Part shown: positions 1-12,300 of the stretch, piece after piece | How the letters are laid out: each line of letters starts with the position of its first letter | How positions within the stretch are numbered: the first letter of the stretch is position 1 | Assembly: GCA_905331295.1 (NCBI GenBank) | Contig: CAJNYD010000006.1 | Coordinates: 62,001 to 96,618 of the forward strand | Length of the DNA stretch: 34,618 nt | Direction of reading: 5' to 3' | Source of the DNA: Rotaria socialis | Lineage: Eukaryota | The notes under the pieces: model-generated | Databases searched by the model: none | What the model was told of the DNA's origin: nothing | What the model saw: only the letters and a program-made list of their open reading frames with translations | Position numbers and translations under genes: made by a program

Positions 1-952
1 ACTAACACCTTCTTCACGGTAGAAATCGATGATAGTTGTAATGGTATCGTTTGAGATTGATGGATTGCCGCTGAAATATTGAGGAACAGCGAGAACACCT
101 TCATTTTGTCGAAGTATAAGTGATTGACGAGCTTGGTGTTCAGTTGATTCAAACCTGATAACAAACAGTGTATTTATAAAGATTTTGTTAAAGAAATTGT
201 ATTGAAGTGAAGCGCTCTATAACGAAATTCAACACTACTTACCATTTTCGAAGCTTCTCTCGGCCCCACGCTTCGGGAGCAATAGTTAGAAGACGAACTT
301 GTTCAGAACAGTCGCTATCATTGAATAAACTTTTCAAACCGGTCAAAAGATCATTAGATTCTTGAACGAGAAGTCCATGTGGATCTGGATCGTTTTCTTG
401 TACGGATTTCCCTTCAAGTACATCACATAAACTATGAAGATATTTATAAACTTGATCGATTTGAGAACGAATCGGGCGAGTTCTTGATCTAGTAAGAAAG
501 AAACTTTTATAAAATTAAACAGCCTCTAAAACTTGCTTATCATGAATTGAATCCATTTCCAGTAATTTGAAAACCGCAGACAGCTGCCCTATCGCCTGTT
601 CTTCACGATACGAAAGCTCCAGTAGCATATCATTGTCACTTTGCTCTTCATCAGAATCTTGCTGATCACTTTCGTTATCATTTTCTCCTTCATCATGACT
701 CGATTTATCATCATTTGATTCTTCATTACTGGTATCCATATTATCCTCTTCATTCATTTCATATTCTTTGTTCATCATCGCTGTCTCTACCCTTTGACAC
801 TTTGGACATAACCAACGAATATTCAACTCTTCAAAATCATAATGATCACGTAAGAAATTGAGGAGACGACAAGAGATACGACGTGAACCTGTTGCTTTGC
901 TAGAAGAATCCGTATGCCTAGTTGGATGTTGACATAACTTTTGTCTTGGCAT
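1..952 (-). CDS. 5' part of a spliced DNA-transposon transposase-like gene (Sola2-like by motif recall); continues beyond the window start
   Basis: Exons 952-537, 488-243 and 154-<1 join in one open frame. Intron 536-489 is GC-AG (GCAAGT...CTAG) and intron 242-155 is GT-AG. The protein has an N-terminal Cys/His region (CQHPTRH...LCPKC), an acidic tract, then QVRLLTIAPEAWGREKLRKWFESTEHQARQSLILRQNEGVLA...IIDFYREEGVS, which resembles the N-terminal block of a widespread invertebrate transposase family. The catalytic domain is not in the window. Confidence 0.65.
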
Positions 953-1576
953 CTTTTAACTATTTTTATCCTGATGGATCAAAAGAAAATGAACTATGTT
1001 ATTCAAAAATACCCATCGACTATAATGTGTGAATCATCTAAAATATCTAATCGGTAGTTGACCATAAGTGACCATAGAGAGAAAATCACAAAGCAGATGT
1101 CATTCCGTGTCGAAATTTGTTTCTACTTAGAGATCAAATTGCAATAGCATATATTCTATGAAGCTAGATCTCCACCATTTGTTTGGCACTTTTTCATTAC
1201 GAATTTCTATCATCAAACTCATGTCCACATAATTATCTGATCAAAGTAGATTAGACCCATCAAGAATACGTTCTCATATCGAAACATGAGGTGAATGGTA
1301 CTGCATAAGGTTCATGAGCACCTTTTTAAAAATATTAATCGATATTTTCCTTCTTTTTCCTCACAATTGTAAAGTTTCTATATGAAATATGATGTTGAAT
1401 GCCTTTTGGCAATGCGAAAGACATTCGAATTAACTAGTTCATGGTATATTCTACCGTAGGCGAGTCATAGCAACGGCAATGAACACCCTTTTGACCGTTA
1501 CATAAAACATATTTTGACAATCAATCTATAATATGAAATGTCTGCAGTTGTTCCGAAGAAATGATTTGGATCACCC
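953..1576 (-). mobile_element. Possible non-coding 5' arm and terminus of the element carrying the transposase-like gene
   Basis: The minus strand reads GGGTGATCCAAATC from 1576, about 620 bp upstream of the ATG. A GRG start would fit Sola2. The partner end and target duplication are outside the window, so this is unverified. Confidence 0.3.
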
Positions 1577-1803
1577 TATTTTATGTGTCCAAAAAGTTTT
1601 TAATTATCATCCCTGACCGTTTTCGACGATGATACGTCTAACTAGACCGTTCAAATGGAGAAAAAAATATATTTCCACAAAGTGGTAGAAAGCTGGCGGA
1701 TTTACCCTATATTGTTTGACAAAAATGAAAATAACATCCATGATGTTTTGCTTGAGGAAACTAAAAAAAGAACTGGTTAAAAGAAAAGTTCTCAAATAAT
1801 TAC

Positions 1804-2701
1804 CTTTTCTCGAACTGCTTTTATTAAAGACTTTTCAAAGTCGAATGTTATTGTCATGGGATTAAAATTAAGCTGTAATCGAGTTGCATGAGTTTCTAAT
1901 TCGTCGAATAAGTGTTTGTAAATATTACTAGATTTACCTGTTAGTAATGCTATGGCACAAGGAAAACCTAATCAGAAAAAAGTATTTGTTAACGCCATGC
2001 AAAGAAAAAAAACACTAATTTTGCCATGTTTAATACCATGAACCGTGTAAACCTGTTCGAAATGAAGTGGAACAGCATCAAAAGTCCCATCCATCATAAT
2101 TTGCTTTGCTTTAAAAAGAGTAGTTAATTGTTCATCAGTTGAGAAGATTATGGTTCTTTTCTGATAATTAGTTATATCTGATAAAAGAAATCGTCGACTA
2201 TCAATTGTTGTTGAATAAATAAGTGGTATATAAAAATCACTAGATTTAGGTAGAATAGGTGTTTTTTGACGACGAACTCGATTATAAGAGAAGATTCTAT
2301 AAAAACAAAATTCCAGTAAATATCATAGATAAGTATTACATACTAGCTTCTTGTGATGATAAACAAGTTGCCAATCCACACTGAGAAAAATTAGCACGAG
2401 CAAGTTCTTGATCGTATCTCACACCAATTGGAGTTGATTCATGTACTACTCTTGTTTTTACTACATTCTTAAACCTTCGTAATTCTATCTTCTCTGGAGA
2501 TGGTAAATGGCTATTATGATTACCTCGGTTTTTAATAAATTGATTATTAGAATCCGTATGAACACTAGCACTGCACATTCTCTCTTCGCAAATCCAATAA
2601 TTGACCTTGGTAGTTTCTTTGTTCATTTTGTACAAATAGCCATCATAAATCAAAATAGGTTTTCCTTTATTGCTTGTTAGGAAAGAAATACTTGTCGACA
2701 T
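1804..2701 (-). pseudogene. FLYWCH + MULE (Mutator) transposase, frameshifted and 3'-truncated
   Basis: Exon 1 encodes a FLYWCH finger (KGKPILIYDGYLY...YWICEERMC...HNSH). Downstream exons read IIFSTDEQL...IMMDGTFDAVPLHFEQVYTVHG and FPCAIALLTGKSSNIYKHLFDEL...ITFDFEK. Frameshifts lie near 2285 and 1830, the donor near 2018 is missing, and nothing recognisable follows the donor at 1803. Confidence 0.88.
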
Positions 2702-2945
2702 GGAGAGATGAATTAAGTAAATACTTCTTTATCGTGATGAATGATATAACGACTATTTACGCCGTTAAAAAGAATTGTATATGTTGACGGGTCATGTAAG
2801 GGAAAATTTGACGAGAGAAAATACAGAAAGAAATCGAGGCCCTGGTGAAAGAAATAAACTGTTTATATCTATGTGCGCATGGAGAAATTCGTCAAACATA
2901 ATGAAAGAAAATGAAAAAGCTATGCATCTTTAAAAATTAAAAATT

Positions 2946-2999
2946 TTTCGAGATTTTGCTCTTTCGAGATTTTGCCTTTCGAGATTTTGCAATCTTACC
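2946..2999. repeat. Three copies of TTCGAGATTTTGC; probable subterminal repeats at the 5' end of the MULE
   Basis: Direct repeats with a 14-15 bp period about 250 bp upstream of the MULE ATG, with a related degenerate motif near 3098-3122. Confidence 0.6.
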
Positions 3000-4244
3000 G
3001 AAAAATTACGTATTATCAAGCTTTTTCACTTCATTTATATTTGATCTCTCGTAGAGTTTTAACACTAAAACATTTGTTAATCATTTTTACTCTTATAGAT
3101 TTTCTTCTTTCGATATTTTGACGGTCAATCATTTTTTCATTTGGAGTTCGAAGGAAAAGCATCTACTTGTGTTTTTTTACTAGTTAGCGAGGTGAAAAAA
3201 AACTTTTTTGCTATGAATATTGTAGAGTAGAAGAATGTGCTTTGTTTATCGAATTAATTTGTGTGGCAAGTTGTTTTGTAAATGTTTGTAGAAATATTAA
3301 TAGAAACTCGCTAAGAGCTGTTTAATGAGATTTATGTAGAATAGGGACTTTGCATGCGGGATTGTGAGTTGTAGCGAAGAAAAATGAGCTTATACTCAAT
3401 ATACTTCACCGTGTCCACGTTGTTAATATAGGCATTTTGATTATTGAAATATCTGGAGGGCATATAAATATGAATTCTGATGAAAAGAAAACTCGTTACT
3501 GTTGATGTTCTTGCTTTGAAACTATAATAAGAAGGAATTACATGGCCGAATCGCTACTGGCAATGCTCGAATTCTGACGTAAGATATCCTACGTTTTTCT
3601 TACCCACACCCTCAAGGACGAAGTAATTTCAATATATTTTATTGATTTTAAACTGCTACAAACCTGCTGTAAATTTTGCGACTAATCTAAATACTATTTT
3701 TCATTAATTGATATCGTTACTTTATTTTCATCTTTAATTATCATGAGCATCGCTATTTGAAATTGTTAATTCCTTAAGATTAATATATGAGACATAGAAT
3801 AAAATTGGACTATTTTAGTTTGTTTAAAAACTTTATTTTCCAACTTAGCATTATATATAGTTTCGAACGTGGATTGTGAATCCTTCTGCGCTTTCATTTA
3901 CAAATAGTGATGTCTAGAGTTTCAGAGATTTTCTTCTTCTCCTTCACATTTTGTTCCTTGTAAAGATATTACTTATCTGTCGATATTTACGAAGGATATT
4001 TCATATGAATAACTTCTAAAATCTCCTATCCATCTTCAAATATTTACATTCGTACGGGATTTTTCCTTTCTTATCATCAATAGATACATGAGAAACATAT
4101 ACAGTTAACGTTGTCGATTTGAAAGAGGACGTACATGGTTACAAAATGCCAACTAAAAACAACATTATTTCTTTTTGAGTCTACCTCAGTCTTTATTTAT
4201 TTAATTCATAATGTATCATATGAGAATCGATGTTCATTTGTTTC

Positions 4245-4951
4245 AATAGATTGATGATGCAGCGCGATTTTATTTTATTTAATATAATTAAATAAAATTT
4301 AAAATTTTTAAATAAAATAGGATTTATTTAAATTCTAAATGTTTTTTCTTTTTCCAATATTTCGTCCTTGTTTATACGGACATTTACGAGAATTGTTGTT
4401 GTTATTGTTGTTGTTTTGGTTCATGTCGATGATGTTGTTTTGGTTCATGTTGATGTTGTTTATCCACGACCTGATGTTTTCTTATCATTTCCATTTCTAT
4501 TTCCTGATCTTATTAACTTGACCATTTTACATATTTGTCACATTAAATTTGATGTTGCTGTTGTCGTTTCATTCGATTTCATATCGATTCTCATATGATA
4601 CATTATGAATTACATGAACAAGCAGCAAAAGAATTATATGAAATCGAATGAAACGACAATCGCAACATCAAATTCAACGTGACAAATATGTAAAACGGTC
4701 AAGTTAATAAGATCAGGAAATGGAAATGGAAATGATAAGAAAACATCAGGTCGTGGATAAACAACATCAACATGAACCAAAACAACAACAATAACAACAA
4801 CAATTCTCGTAAATGTCCGTATAAACTAGGACGAAATATTGGAAAAAGAAAAAACATTTAGAATTTAAATAAAGCCTATTTTATTTAAAAATTCTAAATT
4901 TTATTTAATTATATTAAATAAAATAGAATCGTGCTGCATCATCAATCTATT
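4245..4951. repeat. Long imperfect inverted repeat (arms 4245-4584 and 4636-4951)
   Basis: AATAGATTGATGATGCAGC... pairs with ...GCTGCATCATCAATCTATT. The arms match along their length with scattered substitutions and small indels; the spacer is about 50 bp. Confidence 0.93.
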
Positions 4952-5474
4952 TATTTATTCAAGCCTTTTTTAATAGAGTGAAAGTAAACATACAAAGAAT
5001 TTTTACTTTTTCGGTGAAAGAACGACTGGCATTTGATTTTTTTTTCTTATCAAGTTTGCTTAACAACCGTCGTTCAGTAGAATTCATTTTAACATGGGCT
5101 GTTTTTCTCTTTTCTGGCGTGAAATAGAATCTTTGTTCTCCACTTCCCTTTTCATTTCATATTTTTTCAACATGTTTTTTTTTTAGCCGCGGTGCATTGA
5201 GTTGTTTTGTTTGTAGTCAATTTGAAACAACAGCTCGGAAATATTTCTTTATTGAACTTCTTTTTATATGATCATATATCCGTACGTGATATTTTGACAT
5301 TAAGAAAAGAAGCTCTAAATATTGAACGAGTGTCAGTTGTATTCCTTCGCAGTAGCAGAAAGATATGATAGATCGAATCATTTTCGATGTGCTATCGATC
5401 GAGAAGAAACGCGCTTCATACTAATATTCCCCATGATGACTGAGCTTGACCAACAAATTGATGTTTATTTTTAG

Positions 5475-5627
5475 GATCTCAACGGCAACATGCACCGCAG
5501 ATATCGAAACGTCGAAATTGAACAGCTTGCTGCTCGTTTAGACGACGAGGCAGAATTGAAATTAACTTCCAAGAAATTGATTGGCCAAGACATAGAGATT
5601 TTGGCGAAGCCATTGCGAAAAAATAGA
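5475..5627 (+). pseudogene. Isolated exon resembling the start of an RNI-like leucine-rich-repeat protein
   Basis: TTTTAG acceptor and GTGAGT donor flank ...ELKLTSKKLIGQDIEILAKPLRKNR, similar to the LxL..xxIxxxxxxxLAxALxxN pattern. No further exons were found. Confidence 0.35.
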
Positions 5628-8600
5628 GTGAGTAGTATTATGCTGAAATTTTTATTTATATACCATCGCATCCTAGCAAAAAGACTATATCGACGCGAGT
5701 ATCATTTTCTTCAGTTTGGAATTGCAGAAGATCATTACTCGTACTCTTAAATGAGAAGTTTTTGACTGCTCTGCTCAAAAATCGTTTTAATGAAGCTGTT
5801 ATAAATAGTTCAACCGTAGCCAAGATCATTATGTAATTTTTTCTACTGAAATAAGTCGCTAATTCGAGGATCATTATAAAAGTTTTTCATAAATCGATAA
5901 ATAACAGTAAAGTAGATCATAAGCTTTGAAAAAACAAATACATGAAAAAGATAAATACTATTCCTCATAATAAAAAGCGACGTTTCAGATTACGGACATG
6001 ACTTCCCAAACAATCTCAACCTAATTTTATTGTCCTGATAATCATAGGATGGTGTAAAATTTCACGAGCTTTCAGAAGATGTTGTTACTTTAAAAAAAGA
6101 TGTTCTTTTGGTAACAGTATCCTCAAAATACAGAGTGAAACTTACTTTTTCCAGGGGTATATATATACAGCTTTTATATCTAACTAAAACTTCACTAAAA
6201 ACCCGAAACTAGTACATGATCATTTTGCGAATGATTTTTTCTTTTGAACTATTTTATATTTTGTACTTAGTATTAAACAATTTCTCAATCAGCCCACTAA
6301 ATAGGTAAAAGCATGGGTGGCGCAAACTGAAGTTTCTAGGGGTAGCAATAAGTTTATTAAGCCGATAATGTTTTATCAATTTTCTATGTGCCAAAGAAAT
6401 AGTTTTGCATCAAATAGCAAACAATAAAAGCAAACCTTTTTACAGAAATTGCCAGAAAAATCGCTTACGGCTTCTACTAGAATACGTATAACTCCAGAAT
6501 AATAAATTCTAAACATGTCAACTGTTTTTGCTGTTGTATAGGTCTTTCATTAACGGTTTGAATGCACACGTGATAATAGAAAATTCGCTGCACATACCTG
6601 CCGAAGTAGATTTATTTTGAAAGAAGACTGGAAAATCTTAAGAAAATCAGAGTGAAAAAACCTATAATTTACAATTCGATACAGATTACAGGATTTAGTG
6701 CCGTTTCCTTTATTGCCGTTGTAAACTATTGTTTACAAATAGACTTAGTATTTTTTGCATTTGAGGTTTCTCTTCTAGAAGTTTTATGAATGACTTATAT
6801 AAAACTTAATGATCACACTTAGAGAATTTTTTATTCTTTTATCTCAAACATTCTATTCTCATCTCAAACGTTCATAACTCTAATTGAAAAGTTTTCGCAT
6901 AGTTCGCAAGGCAAAAAATCAGCAGTTCAAAATCTAATTTGTAGCTTTTATCTCAAAAGGATTATTATAACTTATTGAAATAGAATCTAGAGTTTTATAT
7001 GAGAATTGCTGTTTGTCAGGTTTATTCGAACTAATTGAAGCTGAATATTAGGAAGAGGGTAATTTTTATGAATGAACTATTGTCTTTTTACTATTTTTTT
7101 TTCTCTCAAGGTTTAGTGTGATCATTAGATTATTTAGGGAGTTATTCATATAACTTACATAATTCTTTGAGTAATTTTCTTGTTTGAGAATTTATAGTTG
7201 TGTGATGGTTTTTTTTGATCGCACTCTTTCGATGCACAGTTATTTAATGTAATGTAATGAGGTGAAAGGCGTGACTTCGCAAATTGATTCATTATCATTT
7301 ACTAGGAAAGTTTTCATTATACTCAGGAGCTTAATATTTGTGAAAATATGCTTGTGAGGAATATTTTTATTATGTTAAGAAGTTCAATATTTGTGAAAAG
7401 AATAAGTAGTGAGGTGAACTACGTGTTTCAGAAGTTAGTTAGAAAATAAAACATGAATGCGATTATATATTATAAAAGTAAAGTTCATTATCCGACCTAT
7501 TTCGAGTGTACGAATCATTACTGTTTCGCATGCGCCTTCCAATATATTGAAAATTCCAAACCTTTTACTAAAAATATTCTAGATAACAAGCACCAGGGGA
7601 AGAAAGAAATAGTGTTGAAACTTTATAGAAAGGTGACTGGCATCAAATAAAATTGATTTCTAAGTCTAGTGAATATCATATTGGTTATTTGGTATTGTTT
7701 CAGATGTCAAAATCTGCAGATCATGTTATAATCAAAAGAGATTGTTTAGTTTTGGTACATAATTAAATTGAATTAAATGCTTATATGTTCGGGTTTTCAA
7801 ACTAATTCGAATTCTACAGAATAAGATGTACTTTGATTGTCGTAGAGATGTTTCTCAATTATGACAAGCTCCATAATTTCTATTTAGAATTCTAATTATG
7901 TGTGAAAAAAGGGTTTCCAGAAATTTACTTTTGCTTGTCTTATTGGACGTTCGACAGAAAAAAAGACTGGATTACATCAAAGAAAACTTGAAGCTTGTGC
8001 GTATTAAATAAAAAGAAACATTTCAGATTTCATAAGCCAAGAAGAAAGATATTGATACTTTATTTTCGAGGTAACTTTTGGAATATCATGTATATTGAGC
8101 AGGGGCAAAAAAATGGACGAAATTATAAAAATATTTCATGTGAATAGTTTCATAAGTTGAAAAATCTTTACTTTGATCACTAAGTAGATTACGATCTAAT
8201 AAGATAAAAATACAGTATGTATGAATATGAGTGTTTTTGTGGTTGTACGGTTAAATATGAGGGAGAAAATGTGTATGAGAATTGAAAAGGAATTGAGATA
8301 CTCTACTTTTTTCAAGGAACGATAACATGTTGACATTCGAAATATTTACAACAAATCGTCTACATGAAGTTTCTAGTATTTATCAAGATAATTGTAGCGG
8401 TATGAGGCTGGTGCAACTCTGACAAAAACGCCAAGGGACTACTCGTATAGCGCAAAAATTATCATATCGTCTATTGAATAAATTAGAAAAAACAGGAACC
8501 GATAAAGAAAACATTTTAAAAGTTATCGGTTTTCGTTAGTTTCAGTATTTTAAGATTGAACAGATCAGAAAATACGGCTATAGGTCATTTATTTGTTTTT

Positions 8601-8851
8601 CATTTGAATTCTTAACTAACTCGTCTTCTTAATCTTTAACCGATGTATAAATATACTATCACTAAATGAAATAACAGAAGCTTTATTGTCGTTGACATAG
8701 TAAGAATGGATCAAACGACAATCTGTACTATCAAAACATTTGATGCGATAATACCGAATACACATTCAGCTCTAATGAAAGGAAAAATTTGTGAACGTAT
8801 AAGATGGCGCTGTATAATTAGCGTTTATAACTGAAAATTTATAATTGTTTA

Positions 8852-8893
8852 CGGCAGTAAATCCCGCGGCAGTAAATCCCGCGGCAGTAAATC
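8852..8893. repeat. 15-bp GC-rich tandem repeat (CGGCAGTAAATCCCG, ~2.8 copies); likely a DNA-transposon subterminal repeat
   Basis: Seen directly, with an abrupt GC-rich start. Any partner end is not visible and may lie in the gap at 9289. Confidence 0.6.
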
Positions 8894-9288
8894 GACGTTG
8901 CGATTCTGGATATCTTTATGTCCTCTTTTAAACTGTGAAGACCACAGCTCTCTATCTTGTTTCAATGAAAAGTTACTCAAAAAGTACTCACTTGGTGTAA
9001 CGATTCTTGAGTTTATTATCCAAAAGAATGGTCGCTCTCTTCTCTCATGTCCACTCTTTATATCTCGATCGTGGAGCGAGAGAAGGAGAGAGAATATCTT
9101 ATACAGAGAAAGGAAAAAGAACAATCATTGAGTATGAATAAGAACGGTCGAGACATAAGATAAACTAATTAGTGATATATGCTTGTATAGTGCATACGAT
9201 TACATTGAGTATGATGAGTGATAGACGCACGATACGGTAATTAACACTAGGTGAATATATAAGAAGAGAGAGTAACATGTTAGCTAAC

Positions 9289-9388
9289 NNNNNNNNNNNN
9301 NNNNNNNNNNNNNNNNNNNNNNNNNNNNNNNNNNNNNNNNNNNNNNNNNNNNNNNNNNNNNNNNNNNNNNNNNNNNNNNNNNNNNNNN
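9289..9388. other. Scaffold gap (100 N)
   Basis: Run of N. Further single-N joins are at 16803, 23878, 27041 and 28591. Confidence 0.99.
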
Positions 9389-12300
9389 TTGAAAATTTTC
9401 GTAGAAACAATTCTTAAAGAAGATAGTTTTTTTTTTGCAAATGCTTCAGAAAATTCGGTGTTCATATTTCATGATAGAATCAAATCAAAATACCTGAAAC
9501 GTTCACCTTAAACTACTTTGGTTAAGATCTGTTTTAGTATATATTTTTTAGCCTAAATTCGAAAATCAGTTTTCTTGATGTTCCTTAGGTGAGCCACGAG
9601 ATTCAATTTAAAATGCAGTATCTGAGTAGCAATACGCTAAGAACCCACGATCTTTTCATTAGATTCAAAACTCATTTAGGTCTACATGATGCACATATTT
9701 CCAGTTCCAAAGCCATTAATCAGCTGGAAAACTTGCATCGTGAGCCACTACAAAACTATTTGACATTTTGAATTTGATAGATTTCAATCGACATATAATA
9801 TTAACCAAAAGAGTATTCTGTACAACCACTATTTTTAGTCATTTTGACACGATGTGATGATTGTTGTCCAATCTTATTCCAGAAGGAAATTCTGAACACA
9901 TATTCGTAAAACACCAAAAACATCTGATTCTAACATGTTATCTTTAAGTAGCCAAAAAATCAGTTGCCATAGATCACGTTTATTTCTTTATGAATAAAAA
10001 ATAATTTTCTAGATGCGAGATGTTGTCAAAACTGTTAGCATAAGTCGAACATGGAAACGTGTATATGAATTGGGTCAATCATTAAATTCGAATTGGCCTA
10101 TTCAAATGCTCTGTGATGCTCAAATACAAAATGAACGTCGACGTATTATTCTTAGTTCAGTTGTTCGAATTTTTAATAATTCAACATTACCATTACTGAT
10201 TTTAAATGTCGATTCAATTGATCCGAGAAACCGTCATCGAGTAGCAAGAATTGAAGTTAATAAAGATTATCATGTACCAATTGATTTACTTTATGCCTAT
10301 TCAAGTTTACCGATATTTATTGGAATTGACGAGTAAAATTGATTTTTTAATTGAATATATTAGAAAAATAATACATTTATATTTTTGTATAGAGGTGAAG
10401 AAGTAAATGATTTTTTTTCATTTGATTGGGAAAAAGAATTTGCAGAAGAACGAATGCTAAAATTAAAAAATGGAAATGAAGCAAATTTTATCGTAAGAAT
10501 TTTTGGAGATAATTTTCAATTTTAATATTTATATGTTTTGAAGGTTTTTAAAGAATTAATTATGGCTTATACAGAAAATACTGATCAACTTGATCGAGCA
10601 AGTTTTAATCTTCATATTCATTCAGCACTTCATTTAACGAATCTTTTACCAATTGATATTGAATGTTCAATTGATGTAAGTCTAAGATTTTATTTCGAAT
10701 AAATATTATTTAATTAATTAGATGATTAAATTGAAATAATCGAAAAGAAATTATAGATCTCATATGTTAGGCCAATTTATTATTTGATAATTTGTATCTG
10801 ATATTTGAGCAAATAACTCTTCATTAATAATGTTCATCGCTTCTGCTAATATAGAACATTTTCAGTCGTTAGAAGCGATTGTTTTTCTAGAAAAAAATGA
10901 GTATATGCCATTTTCTACCTGTGGGATTCAAATGTGAAACACAATGTAGCTGATCAGATGGATATTGTTTTATTCTATCTATTTTGGGATACATTTCTTC
11001 ACCATCCTTTTAGTTAATTCTCCAAAAATGAAATGAGAAGCTATATTGACATACGGTCTTTGATTATAAATCAACAACGTCTTTCACGGCCTACGCGATT
11101 CTAAATTTTCATTCATTTCTATTTAGAATGTCGAAAAATGTGCTTTAAAACCAAGTCAATTGCATTTAGTTACATCTGGCAAAAGAAGTTCTAATTTAAT
11201 TTTTACAGTAAATTATTTAATTTATTTTTATTTGAAAATTAATTTTGTTTATTGTTAGATTCCATCATATGATAATATCAAATGGATATCTGAACCGGTT
11301 GATTTAAAAATTGAAGGAAAAAGTGATAAAAATGAACATCTTGTTATATTTCATAATGAAAATGGTCAACAAATATTAGGAAAAAAACATTTTCATATAT
11401 TTATTTTTTCATTTTAAAAGAAAATGATTTTACGTGTTGATGCTTATCATGAATCATATCGTTTATTATTATTTTCACCATTTTGGATTCTTAATTGCAC
11501 AGATCTTAAAATTGATTTTCAAGTAAAATCATTCTTATTTTTTATAGTATTTTTATTTATTTATTTTTTTCGATAGATTGAAAATAATCGAACATTTATT
11601 GATGTTATTGAAATACCCTATTTAATTTGTCCAGAAAATATTGCAAGTGAAACAAGCAAAAAAGTAAAAGATTTCCATAGAATAATAAAATGAAATTTTT
11701 GCATTTTATCATCAGGGACAAATTTTTATTCATGAGAGTGAACAAAGTGATACAACAGTGGCAAAATTGTCGGAAAAATTTTCTCTTGATGTTATTAAAA
11801 GTACCGGTTTGACAAGTTGTAAAGTATCCAATAATCGAATATATATGGTAATATAATATTTAAATAAAGATAAATGTTTTATTAAAGAAATTTTAAAAAA
11901 TAGATTTGTGTGGATATTGCAACAAGTTCATTTGGTTTAACAAAACTTGTTACCCTCTCACCTGCAATGGTTATTATTAATAAATCAACTGTATGTTGAA
12001 AAAGAATTTTGTTTTATTTTAATATTATTGACGTTTTTGTTTTTAAAAGATTGGAATTGAAATAATAGAAACTGCATCTGATCAAAAACAAAATAAATGT
12101 GAATCAATAAATCCTGAACAAGTAAATAATTAAATTTTTAAAAGTTTGATTTAATAAAAAAAGCAATAATTTCAGTTAATTCCATTTTGGCCACGCAATA
12201 CAAAAGATATTACGGCACGTATTCGTTATGCAGATAATCAGATAACATCAAGTCCATTTAAAAGGACTCAAAAGCATCGAGCACTTTTACGTATGGATGA

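Noticed and set aside
4339..4598. Hydrophobic ORFs in the left arm of the inverted repeat
   Set aside because: They arise from low-complexity TTG/GTT repeats and show no family similarity.
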